Source: Tubulanus polymorphus
Lineage: Eukaryota; Animalia; Nemertea
Assembly: GCF_964204645.1 (NCBI RefSeq)
Contig: NC_134034.1
Coordinates: 7,476,914 to 7,540,913, forward strand
Direction: 5' to 3'
Length of the DNA stretch: 64,000 nucleotides
In this document: positions 37,363 through 48,246 of the stretch, piece by piece
Layout: every line of letters starts with the position of its first letter
How positions within the stretch are numbered: the stretch's first letter is position 1
Notes under the pieces: model-generated
Seen by the model: the letters and a program-made list of their open reading frames with translations, nothing else
Database searches by the model: none
Told to the model about the DNA's origin: nothing
Program-made: the position numbers and the translations under genes

Positions 37363-38370
37363 ATGTATGTAGAAGGTGGAGAAGCTTATGAAATGGGAGA
37401 AATGGGAAATAATAATGAAGGATTTATACCTGATGAACCACAACCTGATTTTAATGAAACTAATATTGATAATGATGATGGATCGGCATATAATTTTAAT
37501 TTAGCAGATAGTGGTTCTAAAGCCCCTTCAACAGACGAGTTTGATAAAAAAACTAGATCGAGAATAAATGCTGAAAATGAAAATCCAGATTTTGTAAAAC
37601 AAAATTTAGAAAATGATGAATTTATATATAATTTCCTACCTATATTTGAAAGATTTGGATATAATATAAATGATAGAGGTGCCAGATATTTAGTAAGAGA
37701 ATTAAAATTTTTAGATGGTGAATATTATTATCATTTGAAAGATGATTATTTTATTAATATCACTTATAAAAATCAAAACAAAATAATAGCAGAATCGACT
37801 TTGAGTAATTTAGAACCATCTAGAATTAAAAGAATAAGTAATAGTAATGAAATAGAAAATGTTACCGAAACAGAAATAAATCAAAATAAAAGAGTATTTA
37901 AACAAAGAATTAATGAATTATTTGAAATAATAAATGATAATTTAGAAACAGAAACAACTTCTGAACAGAATGTAACTTCTAAAACTAGTTAATTTAAATC
38001 AAATAAAGTTCCAATTGAAAAACTTTTACCGAATGGAATAATTGATGCAACGGATCAAGAATTAGAAGATTTAAATATATTTTCTGATAAAGCAATTTGA
38101 GAAATTATTAGTACAAGAAATGAAGCTGATAAATTTGCCCTTGAAAAAAGTTAAAGAGATTTTAAAATAAGAACATTAAAAAAAGAAAAAAATGATAAAT
38201 TTAAAGAAATAGAACAATTAAAATGAGATGGAGATAATAAAGTTATTGAAGAAATTGAATTTAAAAACATAAATGCATATTAAAAAAAAAATTGATGATT
38301 TAGAATATAACATAGAATTTCAGAAAGAAGAAATTATTATTAAAATCATATGATTATAATATTAATAGAG
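37363..38370 (+). pseudogene. Degenerate tandem paralogue of 38437 gene
   Basis: Aligns with 38437 ORF (EGGE.YEMGEMGNNNEG...); stop at 37990 and decay after it. Confidence 0.8.
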
Positions 38371-38436
38371 TTATTAGTTATAAGTTATTATTTAAATAAG
38401 AAGGTATCACAATACCATCATTTTTTTATAATGTAA

Positions 38437-39903
38437 ATGGCAGAAGGTGGAGAAGATTATGAAATGGGAGAAATGGGAAATAATAATGAGGGATATATTG
38501 ATGATGATTATAATGATGCAGAAACTAATATTGATGATGGTAATGAATCAGCATATAATTCTAATTTAGCAGATAGTGGTTCTAAAGGCAAATCAACAGA
38601 TGAATTTGATAGAAGAACTAGATCGAGAATACCTATTGAAAATGAAAATCCAGGTTTATTAAAGGAAAATTTAGAATATAATGAATTTATTCATAATTTC
38701 AAACCTATATTTGAAGAATCTGGATATAATATAAATGCCAGAGGCGCCAGACTTTTAGTAGAAGATTTAAAGTTTTTAGATGGTGAATATTATTATAGGT
38801 TGAAAGATGATTCGGATTATTATATTAATATCTCTTATAAAAAAGAAGAAAAAATAATAGCAAAATCAACTCTGCTTAAGTTAGACCTATCTAGAATTAA
38901 GAGAATAATAAATAGTAATGAAATAGAAGATGTAACACAAGAAGAAATAAATCAAAATAAAAGAGTATTTAAACAAGGAATTAATAAATTATTTGAAACA
39001 ATCAATAATAATTTAGAACCAGAAACTAGTAGACCTAATTCAAGAGAAGTTCAAACTGAAAAAATTTTACCGAATGGATTACTTGACGCAACAAATCAAC
39101 AATTAGAAGATTTAGATATATTTTCTGATAAAGCAATAAGAGAAATTATTAGTATAAGACTTGCAACTGATAAAATTATGCATGATAAAAGTATAAGAGA
39201 TAAAATTAGAACTTTAGAAAAAGAATTAACTGATAAAAATGAAGAAATAGAACAACTAAAGTCAGATCTTGATCGTAAAGCAATTGATGAAAATGAATTT
39301 AGACAAAGACATGCATATTTAGAAAAAGAAAAAGATGATTTAGAATATAACATAGCATTACAAAAAGAAGAAATTAAATTATTATTAAAATCATATGATT
39401 ATAATATTGATAGATTAAAGGATGTTTTTAAAAGATATCTAATAAAACCAGATTCTAGAATATCATTGAAAGATAGAATAAAATTATTATTTAAGTTTGA
39501 AAGAATAACAATTCTTTCAATTCTAACAGCAGTAACTATGTTATTTACAACAATAGGTTTAGCAATATCAAATGCTTTGAAATCTACTCCTACTCCAAAT
39601 AAACCAGATAAACCCCCGAATGATAATAATTCTATACAAGATAAAGTTAAAGATGGTTTAAAGAAATTAGCAAAATATTTATGGGAACTATCTAAAAAAT
39701 CTGCTGCAGCATTGCCAGGATTTATTGCATCAATTGTTGGTTTTATATTGAAATCTGCAGGAAACATTATTAACTTTGCTGCTGAACATATTATTTTATT
39801 TTTAATTACAGTTGTAAGTGCTATTATTTTTGGGTAAGTAAATATGATATCAAAAAATATCAAGAAAAAATAATAAAAAATAAACATGATAAAAAATAAA
39901 TAA
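38437..39903 (+). CDS. Acidic/coiled-coil protein with TM and amphipathic C-terminus (candidate membrane-penetration protein)
   Basis: 466-aa ORF. TAA at 39835 corresponds to TTA in copy A, so the natural end is slightly downstream. Confidence 0.7.
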
Positions 39904-39923
39904 TTAATTTTTTTGTTTAATAA

Positions 39924-41172
39924 ATGGGTGGGAGTTATATCAATCCTTCTAAGAATCATAGAATATCTAATGCTATTAAAGCAGAAAGATCACATCATAT
40001 AATTACTCATAACCCTTCTAATATTAATCCTGATGAAACTTTATATGTTAGAATTCCGAGATTAACACAAAATACTTTTTGTGTTCCAAATAGTATTTAT
40101 TTATCAGCCGATATAAAAGTAACCGGTAATAATAATAATTATGTTGTTGATAATGTTGGAAGATATTTGATTAAAAAATTAACTATAAAGATTGGTCCAG
40201 AAACAGTTTTCTCATTAGATGATTATAATTTATTTATGCATTATAAAGATTTATGGTTAACTAAAGAAAATAGAAGTAATATGATATTTCAAGGAATCCA
40301 ATCAGAAAACCAAAATAAATTAAGATCAGAAGCGCATAATGCAATATTAACTAATGCTATAGATAAATTGATAAAAAGTATATATGGAAGCAAATATAAA
40401 ATTCCATTAGACTTTGAATTGATAAATAATAATGCACCTTTATATAAATACGCAATTCAAGAAGACGTTATATTTGAGATAACATTTGCTCCTGTTAATG
40501 AAATTGTATTATCTAGCGTTAATAAAGATATGAGTTATAAATTATCGAATATATGTTTAGAATATGACACAGTAACTGATGAAAATATTTCAAGTATAAT
40601 TCAAACTCAATACAATCAAGGATTTTCATTATTATATGATTATATTGATAAATTTAAAACTGTAATTATTAATGCAAATGATGAAATTATTAATGAGAAT
40701 ATTAACTTCCCAAGAAGATCTATTAAAGGTATATTAATATTTTTTTACCATTGCAACATATACTAATGGTGCAATAAATGTTGATAATTATTATAATCCT
40801 GAAATAACAAAAGTAGAAATAACTATCGAAGGTATAGCAAATAAAATATTTTGTCAAGGAATGAGAATGATTGATCAATGGCCAGAAATTAGAAAACATT
40901 TTATGAATGAAAAAGTGAAATCATCTGAAAATTGTAACATTAATCAAATTGATTATTATACCGGTAATAAATATGCATTATGGTTAAATTTTAGAACAAC
41001 AGAGGATAATTCATTACATGGTTCTGGAAAAAAACTCCAGAACACTAAAGATGGAATACAATTATTCATGACAAAGAATAAAGGAATCAAAAATTTTAAA
41101 ATGCACATTTATATTATATCTGACGCGCAATTAAATATTGTAAATTCTCAATTGAATAGTGTTATGTATTAA
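39924..41172 (+). pseudogene. Major capsid protein (double jelly-roll), copy B
   Basis: About 415 codons of beta-rich sequence (HNPSNINP..L.VRIP, LEYDTV, PRRSIKGIL, ALWL.FRT, ISDAQLNI). One frameshift in the T-run at ~40740. Confidence 0.85.
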
Positions 41173-41205
41173 AATTTTTAACTTTAATAAAAATATATAT
41201 AATAA

Positions 41206-42387
41206 ATGGAAGGTGGAATATATGAAATACAAACTCCAAGTGAAATGATAACAGATATATATTATATATTACCGTATGATGAATACTGTAAGTATTTTGG
41301 AGATTACTTTAATCAATTCAAATATAGAATAAGTAAAATAAAAGATAATATTGAAACTAAAATAGAAAATAAAATTGAAACTAAAATAGAAGGTAAGAAT
41401 GATATTGAATATAAAATAGAAGATAATATTGAAACTAAAATAGAAGATAGTAATAATATTGAAACTATAATAGAAGATGTAACAGCATCTACATCTTATA
41501 ATATACCCTCTACATATGATATTGAATCAAAAAAGACAAATGAAAAATATTGTGACGTATGTAAACAGTATAAAAGTTATAAGAATTGGGCAACTCATCT
41601 TAATTCACTCAAGCATAAGAAAAATAAGAATAAGACTATAAATGAATTGAATAATGATAGTGAAATTGATAATGATAATGTTAAAGAAGATAAATATTGT
41701 GAAGAATGTGATAAATATATAAGTCGTAGTAATTTTTCAAAGCATAAATTAACACAAATACATTTGGATAATATAGAAAGAAATATATGTGAAAAGTGTA
41801 ATGTTGTTGTATTACCTAAAGATAGAATTAAACATGATAATTCTTTTGAACATACAATAAAAGCTGCTGATTCAAATAACCTTTATAGAGTACCAACTGT
41901 ATTTTTTGATATCGAAAATAATTATCATAGGAAATTATATAGATCAATTTTTATCGATTATGCAAGAAATAATCCAAAACAAGTATTATCAGATATTGAA
42001 ACTGGTCGGACGCATATAAAAATTGATCTATATAATTATTGGGGTATACATTATTTCATAAAATTTAAAAATATAGATTTTTTAACAGAATTGAAAAAAG
42101 TTGCTGCTAATGATAATATAAGTGATAACTTTGATGAAATAATTCAATACTACAGTTATGAAGATTTTTTACAGGATGTTATAAATAAAATAAGAAATGA
42201 TGCAAAAAATAAATATAAAAATATAAGTGAAGACAAATTAAACCAATACATTTATTTAACTTATGAATTGTTTGCTAAGGGTTTGAATAGTATTGGTTAT
42301 CATACTAAACTATTAGGCGAAAGAAAATCACAAGAATTAAAAGATGCATGGCTCAAATTGTTTTCAGAATTAGAATCAGAAAAGTAA
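41206..42387 (+). CDS. Multi-zinc-finger (C2H2/U1-like) accessory protein with IETKIE repeats
   Basis: Three CxxC...H.....H fingers in an intact 393-aa ORF. Confidence 0.75.
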   Translation: MEGGIYEIQTPSEMITDIYYILPYDEYCKYFGDYFNQFKYRISKIKDNIETKIENKIETKIEGKNDIEYKIEDNIETKIEDSNNIETIIEDVTASTSYNIPSTYDIESKKTNEKYCDVCKQYKSYKNWATHLNSLKHKKNKNKTINELNNDSEIDNDNVKEDKYCEECDKYISRSNFSKHKLTQIHLDNIERNICEKCNVVVLPKDRIKHDNSFEHTIKAADSNNLYRVPTVFFDIENNYHRKLYRSIFIDYARNNPKQVLSDIETGRTHIKIDLYNYWGIHYFIKFKNIDFLTELKKVAANDNISDNFDEIIQYYSYEDFLQDVINKIRNDAKNKYKNISEDKLNQYIYLTYELFAKGLNSIGYHTKLLGERKSQELKDAWLKLFSELESEK

Positions 42388-42404
42388 TTTAAAATATGAA
42401 TATA

Positions 42405-43012
42405 ATACCCCCTTGTGTCTTTATTATCTTTAGTAGGCTTAGTACTTTTAGTACATAAAGAATAAATCTTTATTTTATTAGTAGTGAATAAAATTATCTT
42501 TAAAACTACTAAACTACTAAAGACAATAAAGACATAAATATATATATATTACTGTTTCAATAATTATATTTATTCATCTGATGGATTTTATATATTACTG
42601 TTTCAATAATTAAATCTATTTATGGCGCATATTTATTATATATTACTGTTTTAATAATGATAAAAATCATAGATTTATCATATATAAAAATTATTTATAT
42701 ATCTATTTTTCTAAGTACTAATAAAATAAAGATTTATTCTTTATGTACTAAAAGTACTAAAAGTACTAACGATAATAAAGACATAACAAACACATATAGA
42801 TGTAATAAATATCATAGAATTATCTATCTCACAGATTTATTATATATATTTGATTCAGTAATGATAAATCTATGTGTGTTTGTTATGTCTTTATTATCTT
42901 TATTATCTTTAGTAGTTTAGTAGTTCTATTTTATTTTTAAAGTATTAATAATATGAAGATTTATTCTTTATGTACTAAAAGTACTAAAGATAATAGAGAC
43001 ATAAGGGGGTAT
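42405..43012. repeat. Inverted-repeat cluster between convergent gene arms of B
   Basis: ATACCCCCTTRTGTCTYTATTATCTTTAGTA arms at both ends, plus further internal inverted copies (e.g. 42721-42786). Confidence 0.75.
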
Positions 43013-43062
43013 CAGGTATTAGGGTATCTAATAGGGTATCTAATACATAGATATATAAATAG

Positions 43063-43674
43063 TTATTTTATAAATTTATATTCATAGGGAAATTGTAGTC
43101 TGAGTAATAATTTTGAACCTTTTTTATTCTTTAATTTATTCATATATTCATCATGTAATTCAGTAGGTATAATTTGATTTTCTTCCAATGATTGTTGCAT
43201 AGATTTTTTATCTTTCTTATAAAATAAAACTAGAAATCTTATATTCTCCCTAAAGTCTTTAACAATTGAATTATATTTTTGATTTAAAACCCATGTTGAT
43301 ATCCCAAAATGTCTCCCAGAGAAAGCTAGATAACATAACTCACTTTCTCTAACTTTTGAATCATGTAAATTAGCGCAATCATCTACAATGAATAATGTAT
43401 TTGATCCTTAATAAGTATCAATTGCTATTTTAATGCAATTATCTAAATTTTCTTTTACTGTTTTAGGATCTAATATAATAAACTTTTTTATCTTAACTAT
43501 ATCTCTATTATATGTTTTATTCATTTCATAAGTAGGACAGAATAATATTATATTATCAAAATGATTCTTATAAATAGTTTCTAACAAGTCTAATATGAAA
43601 TGTGTTTTACCACAGTTGGTTACTCCAGTAACTAACATATTATGCGGTTCGAATATAAATAAATCTTTATTCAT
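43063..43674 (-). pseudogene. A32/FtsK-HerA packaging ATPase, copy B
   Basis: GVTNCGKT, FIVDDC, SGRHF motifs. Single premature TAA at 43408-43410. Confidence 0.9.
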
Positions 43675-44779
43675 TTATTCTTTTAATTTTACTAGATATA
43701 ATCCATTCATTAAATTTATCATCATATCATTTATATTTCACCAAAGAATACTTTTTCCCTTTAAGAGTTTTTGTTTTCAATACTTTTTCTATTTTGTATT
43801 CTATTTCATCTGGATTTGGTACAAGTGATAATTCTTGTTCATAGAAATAACCTAATATTTCTTCATCTTTTAGATCTTCTAATTTATAAACAAATGGTTT
43901 AGTTAATATTATCTTTTTAATCTTGAATATTTCTTCTGTAAAATTTGGGGTATAACCTTTATAAAAGGTTTTTCTATATTTAGATATTCTTACGTGTTGT
44001 CCAATTTTGAATCTAGGTTCACCGAAATCATGTGTAACAAATGCTCCATATAAATTATTCCAAACTATTTCCGAATTATCTTCTTTTCTAGCGTGTATAG
44101 GTTTCATATTTATAGAACTATGTTTAGAATTATTGTAACCTTTCACTAAATCATCTAATACATCGATATATTTATATGTTTCATTAGCAGTAAAATATTT
44201 CCACATTCTAGTTTTCAATGTTTTATTAAATCTTTCTATAATAGATGCTTTTTTATCTGAGTGTGTTGAAAAATAATCTACATCGTTATCAGATAATAGT
44301 TTTTTGAAATGTTTGTTATAGAATTCCTTACCTTCATCAAATTGTATCTTATCTGGAATAGCTTCTTTAAATATAGATTTAAAAGCATTTGTCACTCCTA
44401 TTCCAGTTTTATTTTTGATTGGAATTGACCATGCGTATCTACTGAATATGTCTATAACATTCAGTATCCAGAAATATCCTTTGTTGTATTCTTCTATGTT
44501 CTTCATGTCAATTAAATCAGCTTGCCAATGTTGATCGATATATGAAACCATAACTTTTCATGTTAAATAAGTTTTATCCATTTTCTTGTGGATTTGATAT
44601 GTTGGTTGATTTTGTAACCATGATTTTAATTCGCTATATTTTATATCACCGTGTGGGTGCCGTACGGCACCATTTTCATTATTAGATTTAATTTTATTCC
44701 ATAATTCTGAAACGTTAGAATATGATACTTCACTTTCTGGGTTATAATATAAATCTCTTAAATATTGTTCTTTTTTCAT
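43667..44779 (-). pseudogene. rve integrase with chromodomain, copy B (two in-frame TGA)
   Basis: WQADLID, FDEGKEF, IIERFNKTLK motifs. TGA at 44558-44560 and 43727-43729. Confidence 0.92.
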
Positions 44780-44785
44780 TCTATT

Positions 44786-45154
44786 TTAATCCATTAATAT
44801 TAATCTTGGTTTATTTTCAATGACTTTATCATTTGACTTATTTGGTATGATAGGTTTATTGTCATTGGAATCATTATTGTTATAATCAGATTTATACTTA
44901 TATTTATATATTACACCGGAGAATATAATAACTGTTACTAATCCAATTGTAATATATAATTTATAATTACTTCCAGCATTAGAAGAATCAGATGGATTAT
45001 TATTTGAATCAATATCAGATAAAGTCTGTGATTCATTTATATCAATTAATTTCTTTTTCTTAGCTTTTTTTAATTCTGAAGATCTTTTACCTAATTCTCT
45101 TGCCCATTTAATTTGTTTCTCGGATCTAGCCTTTTTCTTAACTCCATCACTCAT
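44786..45154 (-). CDS. Basic N-terminus, single-TM protein
   Basis: Intact ORF conserved in A, B and C. Confidence 0.75.
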   Translation of the reverse strand: MSDGVKKKARSEKQIKWARELGKRSSELKKAKKKKLIDINESQTLSDIDSNNNPSDSSNAGSNYKLYITIGLVTVIIFSGVIYKYKYKSDYNNNDSNDNKPIIPNKSNDKVIENKPRLILMD

Positions 45155-45749
45155 TTATTTTAGTTAATTTTTGTTCTGATTCATTTTCTGTTTCAGCGTT
45201 TGGTTGTAGTACATCTGTTTCGTTCTTACCTGATTTATATTCCATAGGCTTAATGTTCGAAAATGTTATGACGCCAGTAGAAATTAATGTCATAACCGAT
45301 CCTAATTGAAATGAAGCATAACCAACCCATTTTTGTAATTCAGTCATAACTAAATAGTCATTTTTCAAATCACTATATAATTTATTTTCATCATCAATTG
45401 GTATTAACTGGTTACATAACTTAGAATAATATTTGACAATACCATCTGAAATAGAATCATTTATTCTAGCTAATCTAGCTTCTTCATAAATCTTAAAATA
45501 TTTTATTACTTTATCTGGTTTCATAGAGTCTAGTTCTTGAAAAGTAATGATTCTATTTAAAAACTCATTAGTTTTTCCACCGGCAATCAATAGTTCTATA
45601 TGATGCTTACAATATAAATAGTATTCATAATCTATATTGTTATTAACTTGAATAGAATTAGAAACAACTGTATCTTTATTATCACTTATACCCAAATCAT
45701 CTAATGTTTTTTCAATATCAATACTATTCTTACTCGATTTCTTTGACAT
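45147..45749 (-). CDS. Conserved helical Polinton protein with C-terminal hydrophobic segment
   Basis: Intact 200-aa ORF conserved in A, B and C. Confidence 0.75.
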   Translation of the reverse strand: MSKKSSKNSIDIEKTLDDLGISDNKDTVVSNSIQVNNNIDYEYYLYCKHHIELLIAGGKTNEFLNRIITFQELDSMKPDKVIKYFKIYEEARLARINDSISDGIVKYYSKLCNQLIPIDDENKLYSDLKNDYLVMTELQKWVGYASFQLGSVMTLISTGVITFSNIKPMEYKSGKNETDVLQPNAETENESEQKLTKINE

Positions 45750-46926
45750 TTATATTAGAGAAATTTAATAAGAAAAATATAATAAGTATTCTTCAAATGA
45801 TACTAGATAGTTAAAGTTAAAGAACTCGATATTGACTACTGATACTAGCTATTTGAGTTTAAAGAATTTCTATTTGAATCTATTCAAAATATAAAGTATT
45901 CTCTTTTGAAAAGAAAGTATTAAAAATATAATAGAATTCACTAGATAGTTGAAGTTATTGTTTTTTTATTATATTTTATTTAAATTAGGATTTAGATTAT
46001 CTCACTACTATTGTTTATCTATTAGGAGCAGTAATTATAACTGTCCAGATAAGTCATTTCGGATTCTTGATAATAAATCCTAAAACTGAAAATAAATTCA
46101 AAGAAACGACTGGTGGAAATACTATTTCATAAACACACGTATATTTTATTCTACAATCATTATCGATTTCCACATTCCAAGCCGCTCCTGAGAGGAGCGG
46201 TAAGGTATGCGTGGAATGCAGGAATCAATAAAGTACAATACAACATCTGTCACTGTGTGTCATTAACAACAGCTTAATGACGCAATTGAAATTCCGGCAA
46301 ACGTAATGCATTGAAAGCCTATACAGTGAGGCTAAACTGCTACAATCTCATGAGTTGAAATATCCATAATTTCTGATTCCACATCCATCCATCTTCACTT
46401 TCTTGGTTCAAATAGCAATGGTCTTCTTGTTACGCGTAGCATTTTGTTATCTAAAAGATAAATATCTAGCGTAGAATAAAACTAACTTGAAGTTGTAGTT
46501 TTCAAATAAGATTAATACACTTACACATAACCATTTGTGGCGCATCTTACCAGGATAAGTTTTACATGTTTAACGTTTCACAACGCCTTAATAACAACAA
46601 AAACAGTACTTACATTTATAACTGTAAACTCCTAAAATTGTGTTTATAGAGAGAATATCCTATACGTTCCTATGCTTATGTGCTGCGCGTTTATAACTGC
46701 CAGTTATTCACTAGCTAAACACCGTCTGGTGCAACAGATGTTCCTTCTTTTGTAATATAATTGATTAATCCTTTTCAACTGAAATAGCACGTTCGATCAA
46801 TATTCAAATGAGGTGCACCCTATTCAACTGAATATGAAATGCGGCACAGATGTTTTTGTAAACAACCTAATATAATTACATACAGGCGGTTTGACATAGA
46901 TCGAGAGTAACCGGTTTTCTAAGCGT

Positions 46927-47568
46927 TTAACATTCAACGTATTTTTCTTTATGTGTTGAGTTCCATAATTCAACAAATGTCTTTGCTTTATCCAGTTGAT
47001 CTAAATATAACTGTATATTTAGTTTATTAGATTTAATAATGTTTTCCTTCTTTTCTAAAGGTCTTAAATTTCTCCAGTTCCAGATTAGCTTCTTATTATA
47101 ATCATCACTCATGTCAAATTTAGAAATAGGCAACACGTGATCAATATGAAAGTATTCACCATAATTATCTATATTCATTTTATCATCGAATTGAAATATA
47201 ATCCATGATTTAAGAAATTTATCTGTACAACCCAACAAATTAGATTTAGTGTTTCTGAATCTGTTTCTTTGTTGAATAATTGTGTTAATCTAGATCTTAA
47301 GCATTGTTTCAATCTAAAATTAAGATCTGTTTGATATCTTTCTCTCATATATTCTGCCATATAATAATTATAATGTTCTATATTATCTTCTCGGTATTGT
47401 TTGGTATATAGTTTTACAGCAATATTGAAAACCATCTTTGCTAATCTTACGCTTACTAAATTCTGTTAATGATTTATCTAATTCACATTTAGAACACTTC
47501 TTGTAATATATATTTATAACACCAGCGTTATTTGTAATATTGATAGTTTGTGGTTGTTCTGATTCCAT
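46927..47568 (-). pseudogene. HNH endonuclease, copy B
   Basis: Three frameshifted ORFs; KKCSKC..YCCK and FHIDHVLP..NWRNLRPL..KEN motifs. Confidence 0.85.
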
Positions 47569-48246
47569 TTATTATACATATTTTTTACTAAATTGGTTAA
47601 TATTTTAGAATCCTCTTCCATTTCTTCGACCAACGTCATCCTTTTTCATTCCTCGCTGCTTTTGATTAGTCGTTTCGATTCCTTTATATCTAAATCATAC
47701 CACTGGGCTAAACCGCGCATTCAGGCGCGCTTTTGCTTAATGCGCATGCGTTAATCATAATTATATATTCATTCTATAAATTCTGTAAAAAAGAAACAAC
47801 ACATGCGTTACATGCGTCACATGCGGCCATTGATGTCCGGTTTTGCTTAATGCACATGTGTTAATCATAATTATATATTCATCCTGTAAATAGAAACAGC
47901 TGAACACAGAAAATTCAAACGCATTCATGTCTGCATAGTAACAGCTGTAACAGCTGAGAATTTATAGATTTATTCCATAGCTCTTTACATGGAATGTATA
48001 TAGGCTCAAATAGAATCATGTTCTAGTATATACAGCTATGCATTTTTTAAATATATTTTATTTGAATTCTATTTGATATCTCACTACTTTTGTTTATCTA
48101 TTAAGAGCAGTAATTATAACTGTCCAGATAAGTCATTTCGGATCCTTGATATCAAATTCCTCAACGTATTGTTCATTATTTGGATCATTGTTCCATTGAT
48201 CAATAAATTTCTTTGCCTTTGTTAACTGTTCTGAATATAACTGTGA

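Noticed and set aside
39096-39959. Antisense ORFs 39096..39353 and 39399..39959, and similar ones over Bel pol, the MITEs and the IS3EU TIRs
   Set aside because: Shadows of real genes or repeats with no motifs of their own.
43667-44779. Alternative genetic code with TGA as a sense codon
   Set aside because: Premature TAA/TAG stops and frameshifts are also common, and several TGAs align with Arg codons, which fits CGA deamination.
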